Positions 45,873-64,000 of a stretch of DNA of 64,000 nucleotides are shown piece by piece. Made by a program: the position numbers and the translations under genes. Origin of the DNA: Eledone cirrhosa. Taxonomy: Eukaryota. The stretch covers positions 1 to 64,000 of the forward strand of contig CAXHJY010000270.1 of NCBI GenBank assembly GCA_964016885.1, in the 5' to 3' direction. Position 1 is the first letter of the stretch; the number at the start of each line of letters is the position of its first letter. The notes beneath the pieces are model-generated. The model was not told where the DNA came from. It was given only the letters and a program-made list of their open reading frames with translations, and made no database searches.

Positions 45873-46713
45873 ACAACAACAGTTACAACCACAGCAACAA
45901 CAACAACAATAACAGTTACAACCACAGCAACAACAACAACAGGGATAACAGCAGCAACAACAATCACAACAGCAACAGTCACAACAACAACAGCAGCAGC
46001 AACAGTCACAACAACAACAGCAGCAGCAACAGTCACAACAGCAACAACAACAGCAGCAACAGTCACAACAACAACAGCAACAACAACAGCAACAACAACA
46101 GCAACAGCAGCAACAACAACGGCAACAACAACAACAGCAACAGTCACAACAACAACAGCAACAGCAACAATAACAGCAGCAACAGTCACAACAGCAACAA
46201 CAGCAACAACAACAGCAGCAACAGTCACAACAACAGCAGCAACAACAACAGTCACAACAAAAGCAACAGCAGCAACAGCCACAGCAACAACAGCAACAGC
46301 AACAGCAACAACAGCAACAGCAACAACAACAGCAGCAACAGCAACAACAACAGCAACAACAGCAATAACATCAACAGCAATAACATCAACAACAGCAACA
46401 ACAACAGCAACAACAACAGCAACAACAACAACAGCAGCAGCAACAGCCACAGCAACAACCACAACAGCAACAACAACAGCAGCAACAGCAACAACAGCAG
46501 CAACAGCAACAACAACAGCAGCAACAGCCACAGCAACCACAACCGCAACAACAACAGCAGCGACAGCAACAACAACAGCAGTAACAACAACAGCAGCAAC
46601 AGCCACAGCAACAACCACAACAGCAACAACAACAGCAGCAACAGCAACAACAACAACAGCAGCAACAGCAACAACAACAGCAGTAACAGCCACAGCAACC
46701 ACAACAACCCGAA

Positions 46714-46745
<32 letters not shown>

Positions 46746-46850
46746 ACAACAGCAGCAACAGCCACAGCAACCACAACAACCACAGCAACCACAACAACAG
46801 CAGCAACAGCCATAGCAACAGCCACAACAACAACAACAACAGCCACAACA

Positions 46851-46885
<35 letters not shown>

Positions 46886-47042
46886 AGCAGCAACAGCCAT
46901 AGCAACAGCAACAACAGCCATAGCAACAACAACAACAACAACAATTACAGCCACTACAACAATAATCACAGCCACAACAAACACAGCCACTGCACCACCA
47001 CCACCAACAACAACACCAACAACAACTGCAACAACAACAACA
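45873..47042. repeat. (CAA/CAG)n trinucleotide tract
   Basis: Poly-V/A, poly-L and poly-C ORFs are artefacts. Confidence 0.95.
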
Positions 47043-47421
47043 CGGAACCACTACCCCCCCCCCCCCCCATCCAATAATTGTCCTGTTTCTAAGAAGTAAT
47101 CGTTATTAACCTACCAGGATTTTAGTCCAATTGTGATTACAATAATCTTCATTCTATTTCTCTTTATCTTCTCGTGTTTTCTCGTTGGTTCTTTCACTGT
47201 TCATTTCAACATTACAACGATTCTATAGGTTAGGGGGAGGTAATCACATATTCTGCTGTTATTTACTAGTGGAAGTAAAAATAGATGTAAAAAGAGAAAC
47301 AAACAAAATAAAGAAAATGGCTGCTTAGACATGCAAACAGTTTTATGCGATATCCGGATATGGTGAAAACATTTCCATTACCGCCATTAGATCTATTGTC
47401 TACTAATAATCTCTAGATGAA

Positions 47422-47780
47422 TGTTGTTGTTGTTGGTGGGGTGGTGGTGGTGGTGGAGTGGTTGTGCTGGCGTTGTTGGGGTGGTGGTGGTAGTGGTTGT
47501 GCTGGCGTTGTTGTGGTGGTGGTGGTGTTGGTGATGGTGGCGTTGTTGTTGTTCTGGCGGAGGTGTTGTTGGGGTTGTTGGTGTTATTGGGGTGTAGGTG
47601 TTGTTGTGGTGGTAGTGTTGTTGTTGTTGTGGTGGTGGTGGTGGTGGTGGTGGTGATGTTGACGTTGTTGTTGATGGGGTAGTGGTGGTGGTAGTTGTTT
47701 TGGTGGAGGTGGTGTTGTGGTGGTGATGGAGATTTTGGTGCTGGCGTTGTTGTGGTGGTCGTGGATGTGGAGGAGGTGAT
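47422..47780. repeat. (GGT/GTT)n tract
   Basis: Visible. Confidence 0.92.
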
Positions 47781-47781
47781 G

Positions 47782-47874
47782 TCGACGGCTATTTCTGGAC
47801 TAAATTAAATTAAATTTAGTCCAGAAATAGCCGTCGAAACGGCTTGAGCTCTGCCGTCAGGGTCCTAACTCTTT

Positions 47875-47929
<55 letters not shown>

Positions 47930-48103
47930 CAAGGAAGTGTGGTAAGGAACCAGGTAGACCATAACACACCAGAGTACTCGTTAATTAGGTAATGAGTGGG
48001 TAATAGGAAAAGAGTCAGGACCCCGACGGCTGAGCTCCAGCCGTTTCAACAGACCTAGCTGTCGAAACGGCCGGAGCTCAGCCGTCGGAGTCCTGACTCT
48101 TTT

Positions 48104-48107
<4 letters not shown>
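47782..48107. mobile_element. Two family F fold-back copies (47782-47878; 47930-48107)
   Basis: Hairpin apices at ~47808 (AAATTAAATTAAATTT) and ~48055; the short arms end at CCTAT|(AT)n. Confidence 0.82.
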
Positions 48108-48141
<34 letters not shown>

Positions 48142-48503
48142 AGGGAGGTCCGACGAGCTTTTGATTCCAGAGTCGGGCCAGATCGATACAGAACGAACCT
48201 TGAGCTGATCAGTAGCAAAACGTGCGTCACTACTGAATAAGCGTAATGAAGGCATAACAATTCGTCCTTTTACTATTATATATATATTTGGGATAACAAG
48301 TTATCATTTTAGGTAATCCCGTTAGAGGTTGTGAGTACTCTGTACAGTGGATAGTTTTAACGTACGGCGTTGTTTGACTCAACAAGAGGTTTCCTTAGTT
48401 AGGTAGCGAGTTTGCGAGAATTCCCATACAGGTCATTCTTGGAGTTATAGTAGTGAAAGAGTGAAGAATAACATGGTCGGCTGTACAAAGAGGGTTTTAT
48501 TTA

Positions 48504-48617
48504 CAGTAATAACAATTGTTTCATTGATCAGGTGATCTAAAGGCCGCTGATCACTCGAAGTTGCGTCACTCGACCTTAAATAGAGTGTGTGCCTCTGATC
48601 AAATCATCGGGATACTG
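48504..48617 (-). ncRNA. Decayed hammerhead with long stem II
   Basis: Minus strand: CAGTAtc CcGATGA tTTGATCAG..CTGATCAAt GAAA CAATTG TT atTACTG, then AATAAA. Confidence 0.55.
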
Positions 48618-48866
48618 GAAGGTTTGTTTACACTCTCGCTGTTCCCTTTATTTACATGTCCCAACGACTTTCTTTAGCCGTTGCTCGCACCAACCGGAGG
48701 TATATGGTCTTTAAAGCGAAGAAATATCGATGATGGTTGGAAGATCACTGATGAAGGACCACTATATTCACATATATATATATATATATATATACATTAT
48801 GAAGAGAGAAGAAACATTTAGATATAATTAGTAATAAAATGTATCATACCTAAACTGCTTCTAGAT

Positions 48867-48956
48867 TCCTCGACTACGTAGTTTCGTGGCATAAACAAAA
48901 ACAATATATCATAAAGATATAGAGTCCTTGCGAGGTCTGCCGACTTATCAAGAGGA
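48867..48956 (-). ncRNA. Type I hammerhead with U3-A8 core variant
   Basis: Minus strand: TCCTC TTGATAA GTcGGCA..TGCCAC GAAA CTACGTAG TC GAGGA. Confidence 0.78.
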
Positions 48957-49387
48957 TACCTCATTTTACTAGTCTCAAGAACGCGTCTACACGACGTGAG
49001 AAAGAATCCCAAAAGGCGGAGGGGGAGATAGTCACGCGATATAACGGTCGATATATATATATATCAACTAGAAATTGATTGGCATACATATATCTAAAAT
49101 AAACACATGAAACAATCACAGGGGATAATTTGTAAAGTGTGTAATCACACATAGTTATGTAGGTAACTAATTAAAGTTTAACTAGAGCTTCAAATATTAC
49201 TTTTAAAAAAAAAATGATTAATCCTCCTTGTATATATTTCATTAAAGAAATATATTTCACCGTTAATCCGTAAAGTCACAGTAGTCTAATCTTGGATCTT
49301 CAGCAGGGGGCAAGATTTAACGATCTGTGCTTACACATCAAATGCAAATCTGCGAGTGACATGACTCCCTTAATTTAATTTGATTAA

Positions 49388-49463
<76 letters not shown>

Positions 49464-50446
49464 TGAGAAGGATAACATTAAGCTATTGAAAAACATACAA
49501 TTGCTGCCCATATTTTGATATTTTAGGATATATTGTATGGGTCTTCTGCAACTCAATGCCGGTATCTGAATGTCTGCACCTGTACAAGTTTATAAGTAAA
49601 TAGAAAGAATATTAAATAACCGATGGAAACTTAACGTGGTAGACAATTGTCACAGCGTTATAAATATACACGGCCGTGTTCCCTGTTGGGAATATTGAGC
49701 GTGAAACTCTTGGTGAAGTGTAGGCAGTACGGGAAAGAACTGTTATTTCACAAGAGCTACAATTACCTAATTATACCACACACACATATATATATATATC
49801 TCTAAGTTTGTGCGTGTGTGAACATTATGCCTTAAATATCTTCTTTTCTCGCCTCATATTTCTCCCTCTTATATTTGTTTATTTTCTTCTGTCAAAATGT
49901 ATAATATTTATATTTCATTTTGGCATATTTTCATATTTTAAAATTTTCGTATTTCATCATCGCATTCGTTTTTAGAGATTCCATTCTGCGGTTAAATAGA
50001 AATAATACACGCAACTTAACGCAGTCAGGAACGAAGAATGTTATCCATTCATCATTTTGTTGAATAAGACAATGGAATTGATGAATGTCCGTTGAGACAT
50101 GAAACTTGAACGTACCACCAATGCAAGTAGTGTGTGTTGCTTGATGTATACACACACATATAGACACGTGTATATGTTGTTGTTTATACATGTGTGTGAT
50201 ATATATATATATATATATATATATAGTGCACATTTGTGGACATGCTATACACACGCGCACACACACACACGCACACATGCACACACACACATATATTTGT
50301 GTGCGTTATGTGTGTACATGTATGTGTTTGTGCATATGTATCCATATTTAATTGTACGTCTTTCTCTCTCCCCCTCCACTCTCTCTCTCTCTCTAATATA
50401 TATATTTAAGTAAATATAGAAATACATATATATATACACACACACG

Positions 50447-50483
<37 letters not shown>

Positions 50484-51077
50484 CTAGGAAGCAAGGCTGT
50501 AGTATGGTGAAATACTGAAAACACTGAAAAACAGTGAGATATTTTCTAACGTTTTATTGCGTTAATGTCAAATATTTTGCAGAATACGAGTTGCACTTAA
50601 GTGATAATGGAGTAGTTTATGTCACGCCATTTCTCTAATCCATTCATACATATATATAGCTAGATGGCAATTACCTACTTAAAAATACTCACTAATGTGC
50701 AGATCTGGCGACAAAAAACACTTTTGAAAAGTTCCATTATGTTTTCAGTTAGTTGCTTATTTCAGTTCATTTTTATTTTATTTTATTTTATTTTATTTTA
50801 TCATATTTATAGGCTTTTGCTTTACTTTTGCTAAGGTTTTGATTGTCATCTGTGAAATAAAATAAGAATAAACAACAACAATAACAACAAAAAATAATAA
50901 GAAAAGAAAGTAGAATCATTTTACGGTTCGTTAAGGGTGAGAGCGTAAAACATTCGTAATGAGTATTAATAAGAAAAAAAAGCCCCAAAAAGCCCAAATA
51001 ACACGAATTGGTGATGATTAAGAAAAAATATGACAAGGAGAGTAAGAAGAATTGATATAATAGGAATTATTGTTATG

Positions 51078-51250
51078 GTGCGGTGGATTGACAGTAACCG
51101 GTAGCGCATCGGACTCCAAGATTTGCGGCATAGAGGTTCGGTCCTTTACATTCTGAATCTCACTGGTGTTGGCATTGCTTTAATCCTTACAGGGACGAAA
51201 CCAATGTACCACTAACGCACTGGTGTCCATTTAATCGACTTTCCCCTCCG
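51078..51250 (+). mobile_element. Old diverged SINE copy
   Basis: Degenerate match to the SINE head and body (TTGCTTTAATCCTTACAGGGACGA, TTTAATCGACTTTCCCCTCC). Confidence 0.65.
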
Positions 51251-51760
51251 CTTCAAGTTATATTATTAGAGTATACGACATTCACATACTTATATGTATA
51301 CAGCCTTGTCAGACCAAAAACTTTAATTCTACTTTTAAATAGAGCCGGCTGAAGAGCTCTATATGCAAATGAGTCTAGTCAGCCCAGCTACACAGGCCAA
51401 TAAAATCATATATTTTCGCCTGTTTCAAATTCCCACAGAGAACAGGGGAAGAACTGTTCTAATGATTGCCAGAGCCAGACATTAGTTGGTAGTTTTCTGC
51501 TACTATATATATATATATAGTAGCATATATATATACATAAATGTGCATATATATATATATATATATAGTAGCATATATATATATATATATAGTAGCATAT
51601 ATATATATATATAGTAGCATATATATATATATATAGTAGCATATATATATATATATAGTAGCATATATATATAAATATATATATATATAGTAGCATACAT
51701 ATATGTGCATATATATACATATATGTGCATATATATATATATATATGTGTATATATATAT

Positions 51761-52232
51761 AACTTTGAACTTTGAACTTTGAAATGTTTTGGCCAGTATT
51801 GGCCCAGGCCATGTCTAACTTAATAGCACCACCTGGCGAAGTCTTTCAATTCAGGATTTGGGCACCATGGCCCATTCGAGAAGAGAATTACTGTTTGCGG
51901 AGACATATCCGGGTGTGGGTGGTTTGTCCGGGATTACTTGGACGAATTTGTCCAAAGACTTCTTGAATTTTGTGTGGTCAGTTTCTGTTTTGACGTGTCC
52001 TGGTGTGATGTTGAAGAGAGCAGGGCCGATTGAGGTGAAATAATTGTGCCGTATTGTTGTTATGAGTTGCGATTTAGATTTTTGAATGGGACGGATAGCA
52101 CGGGGCCCAAGCCTTGGGTGTATCTTGAAGGCGATGCCAACATCATTTGGGCAGTGATGATGGAACATTTTCCACATCATGCAGATAATATAACGCTCAC
52201 GGCGACGTTGGAGTGAGTAAAGTTTCAGGTTT
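51761..52232 (-). mobile_element. CR1/L2-type LINE 3' fragment
   Basis: [34 protein letters not shown] resembles a CR1-like ORF2 C-terminus; stop at 51851; short 3' UTR; (TTCAAAG)3 tail; TA tracts on both sides. Confidence 0.82.
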
Positions 52233-59108
<6,876 letters not shown>

Positions 59109-60203
59109 TAGGAGAAGGAAAACTCTGATATAACACCTGCAACCCTCATGGTATCCAATGATGTTGACTTGTTCTTCTTTTTGGTAAATATCATCTTGGT
59201 TAAGAGAGTGGGACTGGCTTTGTGCATTGCCTTTGCTCACTATAAAAGCTTCACGGCACAGGCATTGCTTTATATCTGGAGAGCTCTCTGCTCTTGTTGT
59301 CACATGGTACCATGGGCCCAGCACTATGTATCAATAATTGTCACAAGTGTAGTGTTTGTACCAGAGTTTTCAAGTCGCTGGCTGGACTAAAAAGTCACAC
59401 TTGTTCAGCGCATCGGTAGGGGTTCTCCTACATGGATATAAAGTAGTGGCCGTACTCGAAAACGAGTTGGCAGCCACCATATATGTATGTATATATGTAT
59501 GTATGTATATATATATGTATATATATATGTATGTATATATATATGTATATATATATGTAACATGTATCCCAGTACAACCTGTCTCATGGTCGGGTCGTTG
59601 GCGACTAAACTGGCAACCTCACCAAGGTTTCTTGGTGAGGAGGGTGACTTTGGACATCCTGCGGGACTAAAAACAAAACCTGTCAAAGGGCAAAGGAGCT
59701 CTTAAGAGTCAATGGCCATCCAAAATCACCGGGAGAGATGACCCCTTAGCATTTGTCAAGGCAGAATTCTAGGAGAAGGAAAACTCTGATATAACACCTG
59801 CAACCCTGATGGTATCCAATGATGTTGACTTGTTCTTCTTTTTGGTAAATATCATCTTGGTTAAGAGAGTGGGACTGGTTTTGTGCAGTGCCTTTGCTCA
59901 CTATAAAAGCTTCACGGCACAGGCATTGCTTTATATCTGGAGATCTCTCTGTACTTGTCGCCACATGGTACCATGGGCCCAGCACTATGTGTCAATAATT
60001 GTCACAAGTGTAGTGTTTGTACCAGAGTTTTCAAGTCACTGGCTGGACTAAAAAGTCACACTCGTTCAGCGCATCAGTGGGGGTTCTCCTACATGGATAT
60101 AAAGTAGTGGCCGTACTCGAAAACGAGTTGGCAGCCACCATATATATATGTATGTATATATGTATATATATGTATGTATATATATATATATCTATGTATA
60201 TAT

Positions 60204-60235
<32 letters not shown>

Positions 60236-60725
60236 TGTATGTATATGTATATATATATGGTCGGGTCGTTGGCGACTAAACTGGCAACCCCACCAAGGTT
60301 TCTTGGTGAGGAGGGTGACTTTGGACATCCTGCAGGACTAAAAACAAAACCTGTCAAAGGGCAAAGGAGCTCTTAAGAGTCAATGGCCATCCAAAATCAC
60401 TGGGAGAGATGACCCCTTAGCCTTTGTCAAGGCAGAATTCTAGGAGAAGGAAAACTCTGATATAACACCTGCAACCCTGATGGTATCCAATGATGTTGAC
60501 TTGTTCTTCTTTTTGGTAAATATCATCTTGGTTAAGAGAGTGGGACTGGCTTTGTGCAGTGCCTTTGCTCACTATAAAAGCTTCACGGCACAGGCATTGC
60601 TTTATATCTGGAGTTTTCAAGTCGCTGGCTGGACTAAAAAGTCACACTCGTTCAGCGCATCGGTAGGGGTTCTCCTACATGGATATAAAGTAGTGGCCGT
60701 ACTCGAAAACGAGTTGGCAGCCACC
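59109..60725 (+). mobile_element. Three head-to-tail copies of the non-autonomous RTE-derived element
   Basis: Copies 59109-59478, 59557-60139 and 60257-60725 (last with ~90-bp internal deletion); each ends GGCAGCCACC plus a TA/ATGT tail. Confidence 0.88.
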
Positions 60726-61660
60726 ATGTATATATATATGTATGTATATATGTATGTATATGTATATATATATGTATGTATATGTATATATATATGTATG
60801 TATGTATATATATATGTATATATATATGTGTGTATATATATATGTGTGTATATATATATGTGTGTATATATACACACATATATGTATATGTATGTATATA
60901 AATATATATATATATATATATAATACGCTCGTTATATCAAAACCTTGTAGCAGGTGCAAAATTTAGAAACCAGTTTTCCCCCAAAAAAATTAATTAGAAA
61001 AAAAATAAAGAAAAAATACCACAAACAAAACCAATATTTCCAAGAATTATGGCGGATTGTTCTGGTATATTCCATGGAGTATCCAGCAAGAAACAACGTT
61101 CTGGTTGGCTCCGAAACATGTAAAAAGGTTTCCTAGTTTACAGAAAGATTTCTTTGTAGCATTTGCTATTTCTTTGAAAACTTTTGAAAAGCAGATAGAA
61201 GCATGGTAAATAGGCTTAAGGAGCTGGTAGGGAGTTGGTATGGAGCTGGTAGGGAGCTGGTAGGGAGTTGGTATGGAGTGGTGACAGGAAGGTGAAAGAT
61301 AGGAGAAAAATCACGTTTCACACCAATCCTGCAGATGATTCAATTAAGTATTCTTATCAGTATGATTCTAACATCACTATATTTGCACGTTTTCTAATTC
61401 CACCACAACCGTAATTAATTAATTAATTATTTAATTAATTACCTATTAAATAATTAAAATTTTTAAATATTTTGGGGGAATGTTTTTATATATATTTTTT
61501 CTAGTTCAATTCTATTTCTAAATTTCTACATTGTTTTCTGTTCAATAATGAACATTGTCGTATTTTTGTAATTCTTATCATCATGTTCACTTTACGAATT
61601 TATACACCACCCTCCCCTTCTCTCTCTCTTTCTTTCTTACTCTCTCTAACTAACTCTCTC

Positions 61661-61710
<50 letters not shown>

Positions 61711-61959
61711 GAGAGAGAGTTTGATAGACATGTATATATATAAATATGATGGGGACGAATTTATACACCACCCTCTCCTTCTCTCTTTCTTTCTTACTCT
61801 CTCTAACTCTCTCTCTAACTCTCTGTATATATATGTGTGTGTGTGTAGAGAGAGAGAGAGCGAGTTTGATAGATATGTATATATATATATATATGATGGG
61901 GGTTATATATAGAATCATATACGAAATAGTCATGTAAATAAGCATTTTTACAGCGGCTT

Positions 61960-61999
<40 letters not shown>

Positions 62000-62096
62000 A
62001 TGTATGTATAGGGGTGGGGTAAACGAATGAACAACACAGGGAAAGGATACAATACAATGAAGATATATATTAGTTTAAAGCTTCGATGATCCTATT

Positions 62097-64000
62097 TACT
62101 CTATATTACTCTATATTACTCTATGCTGCTCTATATTACTCTATGCTGCTCTATATTACTCTATGCTGCTCTATATTACTCTATGCTGCTCTAAATTACT
62201 CTATATTACTCTATATTACTCTATATTACTCTATACTATATGCTGCTCTATATTACTCTATGCTGCTCTATATTACTCTATATTACTCTATATTACTCTA
62301 TACTACTCTATATTACTCTATGCTGCTCTATATTACTCTATATTACTCTATATTACTCTATATTACTCTATACTACTCTATATTACTCTATGCTGCTCTA
62401 TATTACTCTATACTACTCTATATTACTCTATGCTGCTCTATATTACTCTATGCTGCTCTATATTACTCTATATTACTCTATATTACTCTATATTACTCTA
62501 TACTACTCTATTACTCTATGCTGCTCTATATTACTCGATGCTGCTCTATACTACTCTATATTACTCTATGCTGCTCTATATTACTCTATGCTGCTCTATA
62601 TTACTCTATATTACTCTATATTACTCTATACTACTCTATTACTCTATGCTGCTCTATATTACTCTATGCTGCTCTATATTACTCTATATTACTCTATGCT
62701 GCTCTATATTACTCTATGCTGCTCTATATTACTCTATACTGCTCTATATTACTCTATATTACCCCATGTAGCTCTAGATTGCTTTATATTACTCCATACT
62801 GCTCCTCTAAGTTACTCCTCTCTGTTGTTCTGTAGTTTAGTTCTATCTATAGCCGCTATAGGCTATAGCCGCTCTATGCTTCTCCACATTTCTCTGTGCT
62901 GCTACAAGTTGCTCTAAATTGTTGCTCTACGTTACTCAAAGTTTTCTATATTGGTCTACATGGCTCTATATTTCTCTATCACGTCCTGCGTTACTCTCTA
63001 TTGCTCCACGTTGCTCTGTGTTCATCTATGTTGATCTATGTTTCTCTATATTACTCTATGATTCTCTATATTACTCTATATTACTCTATATTACCCTATA
63101 TTACTCCATATTACTCTATATCGCTCTATATTACTCTATATTACTCTATATTACTCTATATTACTCTATATTACCCTATATTACTGTATATTACTCTATA
63201 TTACTCTATATTGCTCTATATTACTCTATAGTACTCTATATTGCTCTATATTACTCTATATTACTCTATATCGCTCTATATTACTCTATATTACTATATA
63301 TTGCTCTATATTACTCTATATTACTCTATATCGCTCTATATTACTCTATATCGCTCTATATTACTCTATATTGCTCTATATTACTCTGATTCTCTATGTT
63401 GCTCTATATTAGTCTATACTACTCTATATTACTCTATACTACTCTATATTACTCTATGCTGCTCTATATTACTCTATATTACTCTATATTACTCTATATT
63501 ACTCTATATTACTCTATGTTGCTCTATATTACTCTATGTTGCTCTATATTACTCTATATTACTCTATATTACTCTATATTGCTCTATATTGCTCTATGAC
63601 TCTCTATGTTGCTCTATATTACTCTATATTACTCTATATTACTCTATGTTGCTCTACATTACTCTATATCGCTCTATATTACTCTATATATCATGCCTTT
63701 ATGGTAAATAAAGAAATCTATATTACTCTATATTACTCTATGTTGCTCTATATTACTCTATATTACTCTATATTGCTCTATATTACTCTATGATTCTCTA
63801 TGTTGCTCTATATTACTCTATATTACTCTATATTACTCTATATTTCTCTATGTTGCTCTATATTACTCTACATCGCTCTATATTACTCTATATCGCTCTA
63901 TATTACTCTATATTGTTCTATATTGCTCTATATTACTCTATATTGCTCTATATTACTCTATATTACTCTATGTTGCTCTATATTGCTCTATATTACTCTA
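62097..64000. repeat. 10-bp minisatellite (TATTACTCTA / TGCTGCTCTA)n
   Basis: 10-bp periodicity to the window end, with a decayed centre at 62760-63040. Confidence 0.97.

Noticed and set aside
45638-47051. Poly-Gln/Thr/Ala-Val ORFs
   Set aside because: (CAA/CAG)n tract without flanking coding complexity.
51345-51385. CTGAAGA GCTC..GAGT CTAG TC hammerhead remnant
   Set aside because: GAAA is missing and stem I is imperfect; counted only as decayed and not annotated.

Overview
Eukaryotic, repeat-saturated, apparently gene-free (intergenic or deep intronic) DNA. The SINE families and very long (TA)n tracts suggest an octopod cephalopod; this is an inference from repeat recognition. Nearly all ORFs in the track are translation artefacts of micro- and minisatellites. 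Real coding remnants are all retroelements: a near full-length but disabled RTE LINE (1543-4845), a Penelope-type GIY-YIG endonuclease fragment (23371-23640, -) and a CR1/L2-type LINE 3' end (51761-52232, -). Other elements are many tRNA-derived SINEs, a bipartite non-autonomous RTE element (5 copies), small DNA-transposon MITEs and a 5-unit, ~2 kb tandem array (about 26310-37050). The main unexpected signal is RNA structure. By-eye folding finds about 20 type I hammerhead ribozyme motifs (intact or decayed) from roughly a dozen different sequence families, mostly in short Penelope-like modules sitting in or beside (TA)n. These include one hammerhead per unit of the 2 kb array, a U3-A8 compensatory core variant, and a family with a CUGANAA core whose copies often form fold-back palindromes with the apex inside ribozyme stem II. 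All folds were done by eye; none has been computed or tested.
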